Part shown: one piece after another, positions 56,904-64,000 of the stretch | Numbering within the stretch: position 1 is the stretch's first letter | Layout: each line of letters starts with the position of its first letter | Virus record (IMG/VR): IMGVR_UViG_3300025860_001451 | Coordinates: 3,635-67,634 of that record | DNA from: a virus | DNA length: 64,000 nucleotides | Strand: one strand, 5' to 3' | The notes under the pieces: generated by a model | What the model saw: the letters and a program-made list of their open reading frames with translations, nothing else | Databases searched by the model: none | What the model was told of the DNA's origin: nothing | Program-made: the position numbers and the translations under genes

Positions 56904-57701
56904 ATGAAAACAGTTCACTTCACATCTGGTCTTCCTAGAGCTTGCTCTACTCTCCTTCAAAATCTATTAGCCCAAAACCCGAAAGTTCATGCCACTGCCA
57001 CATCTGGCGTTCATGAGATGGGATATATTGCTAGAGACTTCTTTGAAACAGAGGAATTTAAAACATTTAAAAACCCATTAGATGGTGAAAGACAATACAT
57101 TAATTTTGTAAAAGGCGGCGTTCAAAATGCTTTTAATGATGACACCGATCGACCAGTTGTGGTAGATAAATGCAGAAGTTGGGTCGGTCATTTGGATCAA
57201 TTGTTTAAAGTATTTCCAGATGCAAAAGTATTAGTGCCAGTAAGGGATATTCGTGGTATTTTATCTAGTTTTGAGAAACTAAGAATCAAGCATCCGTCAA
57301 GGTTTGTGGGTATTGAAAAACAGAATCCTCAGAACTGGACAACCATTGAAAAGAGATCACAAGGATGGTTACAAACTCCTCCTCTTGGTATTGCGGTTGA
57401 AAGACTTCACGATGCTATTAAACGCCACAAAGATAAATTATACTTTGTTCACGCAGAAAAACTCACTAGCAATCCAGTAGAAGAGATGAATAAAATCTGG
57501 GATTACCTTGAAATGGATAGGTTTGAAGTTAATCCAATGAATGTCGAGCAATATACTGAAGAACATGAGCTTGGATGGCCGTATGGTGAGCATAAAATCC
57601 GCAATGTCGTTAAACCTCTTGAACCAGACTGGCATGATGTTTTGGGCAGAGAGTTCTCAGAACAGATCAAACAAAGCTTTGACTGGATAAATGAGCTTTA
57701 A
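56904..57701 (+). CDS. Sulfotransferase (Sulfotransfer_3-like)
   Basis: SGLPRACSTLL..LL.QNP, DK.R.W, VRD....SF. Confidence 0.88.
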   Translation: MKTVHFTSGLPRACSTLLQNLLAQNPKVHATATSGVHEMGYIARDFFETEEFKTFKNPLDGERQYINFVKGGVQNAFNDDTDRPVVVDKCRSWVGHLDQLFKVFPDAKVLVPVRDIRGILSSFEKLRIKHPSRFVGIEKQNPQNWTTIEKRSQGWLQTPPLGIAVERLHDAIKRHKDKLYFVHAEKLTSNPVEEMNKIWDYLEMDRFEVNPMNVEQYTEEHELGWPYGEHKIRNVVKPLEPDWHDVLGREFSEQIKQSFDWINEL

Positions 57702-57731
57702 TTTTTTTGCTTATAATATTTGTGTTCATAT

Positions 57732-58451
57732 ATGAATGAAGCTAAAAAATACCCACTAGATAAGTATAAGTGGTATCACAAGATACAAGTAGATGAAAAC
57801 ACATATACCCCTTCCACTAGGAAGAATAATGTGAATCCCCATACCATTAAACATTTTGACAACATAGATTTTAATGGTAAAAAAGTATTAGACATAGGGT
57901 GCAGAGACGGCTTTTATTGTTTCGAAGCAGAAAAAAGAGGAGCCAAAGAAATACTAGGCATTGATACATGTCTTAGTCTTGGGGCAGTAGAGTTTCTTAT
58001 CCCTCACTTCAAGTCTAAAGTAAAAATGGAAGAAAAATCCATATACGACATAGATGGTGAATTTGATGTGATTATATTTGCGGGTGTTCTTTACCATTTG
58101 AAGTATCCATTCCTCGCTTTAAAGAAAATATCAGAATCCATTGTCGATGGTGGTCATCTAATAATAGAAACCGCAATCTGGCAGAACAAAGAGGAAAAAT
58201 CTTTACTTTGGTGTCCTAAAGCAGAAGAAGCTCCTAATGGTCCCACCAGTCTAACCTTTTTTAATTACAAAGGATTAAAGGATAATTTAGAGTTGTTTGG
58301 TTTTGATTTTAAAGAAAGCAATTGGATTCATACAAAAGTAGATACTGGCGACATAGGAAGAACCACAACAACTTGCGTCAAGAACAAAAAACTAGGCAAA
58401 AAGCTAGATGAGTATTGGGACGGGCAACCACATAAACACTGGCAACTATAA
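57732..58451 (+). CDS. Class I SAM-dependent methyltransferase (CmoB/DUF1698-like)
   Basis: WYH, GKKVLDIGCRDGF..EAEKRGA, FDVI.F.GVLYHL.YP, GG.LIIET. Confidence 0.85.
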   Translation: MNEAKKYPLDKYKWYHKIQVDENTYTPSTRKNNVNPHTIKHFDNIDFNGKKVLDIGCRDGFYCFEAEKRGAKEILGIDTCLSLGAVEFLIPHFKSKVKMEEKSIYDIDGEFDVIIFAGVLYHLKYPFLALKKISESIVDGGHLIIETAIWQNKEEKSLLWCPKAEEAPNGPTSLTFFNYKGLKDNLELFGFDFKESNWIHTKVDTGDIGRTTTTCVKNKKLGKKLDEYWDGQPHKHWQL

Positions 58452-58460
58452 CGTAGAGCT

Positions 58461-60182
58461 ATGAATAAAAAAATACCAGTATTCTTTCATGTCCCAAAAT
58501 GTGCGGGGACATATACTTTCAATAAAATTTTTTACGTTATTAGAAATTATATATGCGGTCCAGACATAAGACACATAATAGTAAAAAGGGGCGAATATAT
58601 TCTTTATCGTTTGTTGTGTTCTTCAGAAGAAGAACTCGCAGGGAAATATAAATGCATCAATGACCGCTGGACATACTCTGTTGATTATGATGATTTGGAT
58701 CTTAATGATTTGAATTTATTATTTATTGAGGTTTGTGCGAGAAGTTTGAATGATTACAAAGATTACATATACAAAAATCTTCCAGACAATCTAGACCCTT
58801 ATGAGTTTATATTTTTGAGAGAACCGTATGAAAGAACGTTGTCCTTGTACAACTACTTGTCATCAGAACACTCTGACCACGAACCTACAGCAAAAGGATT
58901 TGACTACAAATCTTTCTCTGATTATCTAAAGTCGTATGATCTAGAAGAGTCATGGCTAATTAGAGAGATGCTTAAATTGTCTGATGAAACAATTGTTACT
59001 GAAGAACATTTTGATGAAATATGTGAAATACTGGATGGTATGTTAGTATCCAACTTATCAGACGTAGATTCAATTATCTTAAAAGTTTGTAAGGAATGTT
59101 TCAAGTTAAAAGATTTTGATCTGACAATAGAAGACAAACAAGAAAGAAGAAACGAAAACAGCAGCAAACAAGTTACACCATACAAAGACTTAGATAAAGA
59201 CGCTCAAAAACATTTCGACAACAAAACAAAATGGGACAAACTTTTATATGACAAGTATGCCAACAACAAGATAATAAGCCCTTCACAAAAACGAGGCAAA
59301 TTAATTAATTGTTTTTATGATGGTGCGAATGGCGGCTTCGGAGATTTCTTGAGAGGCTCGGTTCATTTATTCAATCACTGTATGAGTAAAGGTCGTAATT
59401 TTGATGTAAATATAAACAGGCATCCAATTAAAAAATATTTTAGACCATTAAAAAACCTCCACAAACAATTTAAAATACAGGATCTAGCTTTAGAAGCGAT
59501 AGACGGGAAACAATATATTTATTCATTAAAAAAACTGACAGAAAGCTCTATCATTTTAACGAAACCAAAAGAAACAAAATACATTTTCTCAAATTATCAT
59601 CCATGCTTAACAGATGCCAATGATATCATAAATTATTTAAATGTAATGCCCCCAATTAATAATAGATGCTGTGCTTTCTTGAAAAACAGACTGCAGTTTT
59701 CTGATGAAATTAATCACGCTGTCCATAATGCTTTGAAAGAAGAAGGTTTTAAACCCGCTGGTTATAACGTTATTCATTTCAGATTGGGAGATCAAAACAG
59801 CTTCTCTGATCACTCTAAAAACCTAGAAGATTTATATAAAGATTGTCTATCTCGGTGTTTCATAGCTACTCTTGAAGACAAAAAACCAATTATTGTTCTA
59901 TCTGACTCCAACGGACTTAAAGATTTTCTCTCTAAAAACAAAAAAGATTTACCAATTCACATACTTCACTTAGAAAGTAATCATATGCAAAGCAAGCCTT
60001 CTGGATTTTCTGGTGAAATTGAAACCACTGATGAGGGTCTTTTTTATGCTGTATTTGATATGAAATTAGTGACCTTGGCAAATTCTGTGGAATCCTACAG
60101 CATATATAATCATGGGTCTGGTTTTGTTTATTGGATAGCTAAGATTTTTGGGGTCCCAGTTAAACTAAACCTCATTAAATGA
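58461..60182 (+). CDS. Fusion: sulfotransferase family 2 domain + NodZ/GT23-like fucosyltransferase domain
   Basis: N-terminal FFHVPKCAGT and FLREPYER.LS.Y. C-terminal GGFGDFLRG, VIHFRLGD, VLSDS, D...SGF. Confidence 0.7.
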   Translation: MNKKIPVFFHVPKCAGTYTFNKIFYVIRNYICGPDIRHIIVKRGEYILYRLLCSSEEELAGKYKCINDRWTYSVDYDDLDLNDLNLLFIEVCARSLNDYKDYIYKNLPDNLDPYEFIFLREPYERTLSLYNYLSSEHSDHEPTAKGFDYKSFSDYLKSYDLEESWLIREMLKLSDETIVTEEHFDEICEILDGMLVSNLSDVDSIILKVCKECFKLKDFDLTIEDKQERRNENSSKQVTPYKDLDKDAQKHFDNKTKWDKLLYDKYANNKIISPSQKRGKLINCFYDGANGGFGDFLRGSVHLFNHCMSKGRNFDVNINRHPIKKYFRPLKNLHKQFKIQDLALEAIDGKQYIYSLKKLTESSIILTKPKETKYIFSNYHPCLTDANDIINYLNVMPPINNRCCAFLKNRLQFSDEINHAVHNALKEEGFKPAGYNVIHFRLGDQNSFSDHSKNLEDLYKDCLSRCFIATLEDKKPIIVLSDSNGLKDFLSKNKKDLPIHILHLESNHMQSKPSGFSGEIETTDEGLFYAVFDMKLVTLANSVESYSIYNHGSGFVYWIAKIFGVPVKLNLIK

Positions 60183-60853
60183 TAATATCCCACAAACATA
60201 AATTTCTAGTTTCTGTCCCTCAGAAAACTGGCAGTGCTACTTTAAGGAGAACATTAATAGAATCTGATTTGTATGATTATATTGGTGGTTCCTCTATGGA
60301 CTCTGGATATCTATGGCAACATGCTTCTATGGAAGAATGTAAAATAGGATTTACAAACAACGGTTGGGACTTGAGTGAATATTTTAAATTTAGCATGGTT
60401 CGCAATCCTTGGAAGAGGTATGTTTCTTGGCTGCTGTTTGTATTACAAAGAATGGAATTTTATAAAAGCCTATCTAAAGAAGAACTTGAATTGTTGCCAA
60501 AGCACAAACAAAAACATAAAGATAACCTGTCTAGACGATTTCTAGGCAAGAGTGAAAAAGAAATACTAACTAATCTTATACTGAACAAAGATAGCTATCA
60601 AAGCTTTCTTTGCTATGATAATGGAGAGTTGGCTGTGGATATGGTTGGTAAACTGGAAAATTTTAGTAACGATTTTACTAAGTTTTGTCGCAAGGTTAAA
60701 ATCAATCCAGTTCCGACATTAAAACACTACAACAAAAACACCTACAAAAAACCTTATACAGACTACTATGACAAAAATCTAATTGAAATGGTAGCTGAAA
60801 AGGAGAAGTGGGCAATAGATAAATTTGGTTATGATTTCGATTTGACCTTATAA
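60179..60853 (+). CDS. Sulfotransferase family 2 protein
   Basis: MIISHKHKF..KTGS, F..VRNPW.RYVS, GKLEN, Y..YYD, FGYDF. Confidence 0.85.
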   Translation: MIISHKHKFLVSVPQKTGSATLRRTLIESDLYDYIGGSSMDSGYLWQHASMEECKIGFTNNGWDLSEYFKFSMVRNPWKRYVSWLLFVLQRMEFYKSLSKEELELLPKHKQKHKDNLSRRFLGKSEKEILTNLILNKDSYQSFLCYDNGELAVDMVGKLENFSNDFTKFCRKVKINPVPTLKHYNKNTYKKPYTDYYDKNLIEMVAEKEKWAIDKFGYDFDLTL

Positions 60854-60924
60854 ATCTATTGACGACAAACCCTTTTATTAAGGCATGATATCGCCCAAAA
60901 AAATGAAAAAGATATAAATAAATT

Positions 60925-61518
60925 ATGGCACACAAACAACAAAAAGATTTTATAGAAAGAACCAAACAAAAGTTTCCAAAAACTTTCATCAACAAGAAAG
61001 TATTAAACATTGGATCATTTATTGTAAATAGTGGTGAAATTGAATATTTTACAGATTGTGAGATCATTGGTTTGGATATCGGTCCTGGTCCTGGGGTTGA
61101 TGTTATTTGTTCTGCACATGAATATAATAAACCTGACGACACCTTTGATGCTATTATTTCGTGTGAGTGTTGGGAACACAACCCCTTTTATAAAGAAAGC
61201 ATTTTAAATGCCATCAGAATGCTAAAGTCTGGCGGGGCTTTTATATTCACCTGTGCCACTACAGGAAGACCAGTCCACGGTACGTTTTCACAAGACAAAA
61301 TAGACCAAAGTAAAGGACAAACCCTTCAAGGAAACACTTTCGACAAATGGATTACTATGCCTAACGTTTCAAGAGAAGATTGGGATAATGAATATTATAG
61401 AAACGTAACAGAAAAAGATGTGCGTTCTTTTTTGGATTTAGATGATATATTTTCTGAGTATTGCTTCGAAGTTAATGATGAACATCACGATCTTTATTTC
61501 TATGGTATAAAAAAATAA
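60925..61518 (+). CDS. Class I SAM-dependent methyltransferase
   Basis: VLNIGS, GLD..GPGVD, FD.IIS.EC.EH.P, LKSGG. Confidence 0.85.
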   Translation: MAHKQQKDFIERTKQKFPKTFINKKVLNIGSFIVNSGEIEYFTDCEIIGLDIGPGPGVDVICSAHEYNKPDDTFDAIISCECWEHNPFYKESILNAIRMLKSGGAFIFTCATTGRPVHGTFSQDKIDQSKGQTLQGNTFDKWITMPNVSREDWDNEYYRNVTEKDVRSFLDLDDIFSEYCFEVNDEHHDLYFYGIKK

Positions 61519-61520
61519 CA

Positions 61521-62093
61521 ATGAAAAAAGTTACTGACATATATAAGGGAATCAACTGTAATAGTGGTAAAAACAGGCTTGGTTATATAGAACACTTCTA
61601 CGATTCTTTTTTTAAAAACAAGGATTACAAAACAATTCTTGAAATAGGTTGTGCTGGTGGAGAAAGCCTTCGGTTATGGGAAAGTGTATTCCCTAAAGCT
61701 AAGATTTTCGGGGCTGATATTGTAGATCGTTTCTCTCCAGCGAAAGCAACCAAATTAATTGGAGATGCATATAGTATAGAGTTTATATCACAATTTAATG
61801 ATGGTTTTTTTGAGTTGATTATAGACGATGGTCCCCATACGTTTGATTCTTTTGTTTCTTTGCTCAAAGGTTACTATACTAAGTTAAAAACAGGTGGAAA
61901 TTTATTAATAGAAGACGTTATTCGTCCCTTTAGAGGGCGGGGTATTACTGAAAAACAGCAAGACTATTTAATACAGCTTGCAGAAGAAATTGGTTTTAAA
62001 AATATTGAAACCTATGACATGACTGGTTTAGGAGATGATCATATGAATAATGTATTTCGAAGCGGTGTATTTATTATCAAGTTAGAAAAATAA
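61521..62093 (+). CDS. SAM-dependent (sugar O-)methyltransferase
   Basis: ILEIG...G.SLRLW...FP.A.I.G.DI, IIDDGPH, LK.GG...IED. Confidence 0.85.
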   Translation: MKKVTDIYKGINCNSGKNRLGYIEHFYDSFFKNKDYKTILEIGCAGGESLRLWESVFPKAKIFGADIVDRFSPAKATKLIGDAYSIEFISQFNDGFFELIIDDGPHTFDSFVSLLKGYYTKLKTGGNLLIEDVIRPFRGRGITEKQQDYLIQLAEEIGFKNIETYDMTGLGDDHMNNVFRSGVFIIKLEK

Positions 62094-62095
62094 CA

Positions 62096-62764
62096 ATGAA
62101 CAATACTGTTATATGTTATTATGAACCTTTTCCGTCTGCATTTTCAAGAGATAGCTTAAAGCTTATCTCTATGTGGAAAAAGTCTTGGGCTAAAAATGGT
62201 TGGAATGTTATTGTTTTAAATAAAGAGTTTGCGAAACAACATTCTAAATATCACGAATATGATATTGACAATTTCAGTAATGTTTTGTATAATAATTGGG
62301 AAGACAAAGGATATCTTAGAAGTTGCTATAGAAGGTTGTTTGCATATTGTCATTTTGTCGATGTAAATGGTCCAACTTTATGGGCAGATTATGATGTTAT
62401 GAATTACTCTTTCAACCCATCTTTTAATATAGAAAACAATACGATCTTAGGCTCTGGAACTTCAGTTGTATATCTTGATGGTTATGGTAGCGACAATATT
62501 ATAGATAATATTTTTTCTAAACCTATAAGCTATGACCATAGAGAAAACAGAATGAGATTTAATCCAATGAAAACGGTTATTAAATCTAGAGTGTTTAAAA
62601 AAAAACTAAACATTGTCCAAAATGATATTCTTACCCAATACGAAAAATGCAAGACATCTAAATTTGTTCATTATCATGGAGGTTATATGAATTTATCTCC
62701 AGAAAAAAAATTTAATACGATTCATAGATCAGATTTTATACAAAAATTTAGACCTGTAATATAA
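62096..62764 (+). CDS. Putative GT-A glycosyltransferase (DxD)
   Basis: WKKSW...GW....L, CY.R..A, WADYDV. Confidence 0.55.
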   Translation: MNNTVICYYEPFPSAFSRDSLKLISMWKKSWAKNGWNVIVLNKEFAKQHSKYHEYDIDNFSNVLYNNWEDKGYLRSCYRRLFAYCHFVDVNGPTLWADYDVMNYSFNPSFNIENNTILGSGTSVVYLDGYGSDNIIDNIFSKPISYDHRENRMRFNPMKTVIKSRVFKKKLNIVQNDILTQYEKCKTSKFVHYHGGYMNLSPEKKFNTIHRSDFIQKFRPVI

Positions 62765-62772
62765 ATATATAT

Positions 62773-63558
62773 ATGATTAATAATAAAACAGTAGTATTAG
62801 GTAGGGGTTTTCTTGGCAAAGAATTCGAAAGGCATGGTTTCGAGGTGTTGAGTAGAGATAAATTTAATTACCCACAAACCAATGAAACAATTTTGGATAA
62901 ATATGATACTATTATTAATTGTATTGGTTGTGCGGACACTAGATATTGTGAGGATGGGGATAATTGGGGACACGTTTGGACTGTCAACGCTTCTTTAGTT
63001 GGTTACCTTTCTGGGTATTGTAAGTCAAAAGGAAAAAAATTTGTTCACATTTCTACTGGTTGTGTTTATGACCAAAATAATTCGCCCCAAAAAGAAACAG
63101 ATTTTGTTTCTTCTCATTGTAAATACGTTGTAAGTAAATTGGTGGCAGAATACTTTTGCGATGATAATGATTTGATTCTTAGACCAAGGCTTTATTTCAG
63201 CGATATCGAAGACAAAAACAACCTTTTGACTAAGTTGCCTAAATTTGAGAAGCATTTAACCGAAATTAATAGCTATACTTCGACCAGAACGATTGTAGAG
63301 GCGACACAAGCATTATTGGAAGCTGATCAAAGCGGAGTGTTTAATGTCGCTCAAGAAGGTTACGCAACGATAGAACAGATATGTAATCATCTAGGTATTG
63401 CTCAAAAGCCAACCTTAAATGGGGAAGAGTTAAGGAAAGAGCAGGGGTTGTATTTGGTGAATAATATTTTAGATATAGAAAAATTAAAAAAATTCTACAA
63501 ACCCAGACCAATTTTAACTGAAGTCGGTGAGTTGTGGGAAATTTTAAAAACGCATTGA
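62773..63558 (+). CDS. NAD(P)-dependent nucleotide-sugar reductase/epimerase (RmlD-like)
   Basis: VLGRGFLG, IINCIG, VN, FVHISTGCVY, YVVSK. Confidence 0.85.
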   Translation: MINNKTVVLGRGFLGKEFERHGFEVLSRDKFNYPQTNETILDKYDTIINCIGCADTRYCEDGDNWGHVWTVNASLVGYLSGYCKSKGKKFVHISTGCVYDQNNSPQKETDFVSSHCKYVVSKLVAEYFCDDNDLILRPRLYFSDIEDKNNLLTKLPKFEKHLTEINSYTSTRTIVEATQALLEADQSGVFNVAQEGYATIEQICNHLGIAQKPTLNGEELRKEQGLYLVNNILDIEKLKKFYKPRPILTEVGELWEILKTH

Positions 63559-63736
63559 AGATTTAGGCTTAAAATTCTCTAGAATGAAAAAATTTTCAAA
63601 ACGAAAATTTCTCCCTTATACACTTAAAATATTCTCCTGTGAAAAATAAATGCAAATTTTCCACCAATTCTCATTAAACAAGTAACTTGCTAAAAGTCAA
63701 TACACCTTCTTCCTATTTTGTGTATTAACATATAAG

Positions 63737-64000
63737 ATGTCTTGTGATTTGGAAAAAACTGTAACAGAAATCAAAAGAGGCTCCACTTTTGAACAAGTTA
63801 TTACCTGTTTGGATGAGTCTGATATAGCCGTAAACCTAAGTGGTTGGGGCGTTAGTAGCGATTTGAAAGAGTCCCCAGGTGCCAGCGGACTTTTGTCTTT
63901 TGCTGTTGATAGCGGCTCTTTCGCTAGTGGTATTGTAGGCATTTCTGCTACACCAGCCGAAACATTAGTATTACCAGCTGATTATAGCTTGCAATACGAC
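63737..64000 (+). CDS. Putative virion protein N-terminus (3'-truncated; baseplate/fibre N-domain-like)
   Basis: Hand-translated MSCDLEKTVTEIKRGSTFEQVITCLDESDIAVNLSGW..., open to the window end. Preceded by GTGTAT-11 nt-ATG. Confidence 0.6.
   Translation, partial: MSCDLEKTVTEIKRGSTFEQVITCLDESDIAVNLSGWGVSSDLKESPGASGLLSFAVDSGSFASGIVGISATPAETLVLPADYSLQYD

Noticed and set aside
63559-63736. Possible tRNA or ncRNA in the terminal intergenic gap
   Set aside because: AT-rich, with no cloverleaf or T-loop motif and no convincing stem.
260-63942. Many short ORFs antisense to or nested in long genes (e.g. 592..975, 7964..8260, 30971..31342, 46719..47132, 60702..61181, 63697..63942)
   Set aside because: They are shadow ORFs of well-supported genes, with no recognisable motifs or expression signals.

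Overview
This window is a 64-kb, AT-rich segment of a large tailed-phage genome with a long non-contractile (lambda-type L-K-I-J) tail, not a cellular chromosome. From left to right it has: (i) the 3' end of a tape-measure gene and a 2070-aa tail-tube-like protein carrying FN3 and Cys-bounded beta-domain arrays; (ii) a ~26-kb minus-strand replication/metabolism block (glycosyltransferases, a Clp ATPase, DNA polymerase III alpha split into PHP, exonuclease and core genes, a Cas4-like nuclease, primase, DnaB, a RecA-like protein, gmd and glycan-modifying enzymes, and a class Id-like ribonucleotide reductase); (iii) a divergent non-coding region with two DnaA-box matches and a long inverted repeat, a candidate origin; (iv) dNMP kinase, a sigma factor, SSB and Hsp20; (v) a minus-strand tail-tip module with a split gpJ and a second 2072-aa tail-tube-like protein carrying BspA-type LRRs; (vi) a plus-strand cluster of fibre-like genes, three paralogous mini-LRR proteins and a sulfotransferase/methyltransferase/glycosyltransferase cluster. 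Three promoter types are visible by eye: sigma70-type sites set up for leaderless mRNAs, one sigma54-type site and a GTGTA(A/T) motif. I found no tRNA, CRISPR array, reverse transcriptase or integrase. All family assignments come from reading motifs, with no database searches.
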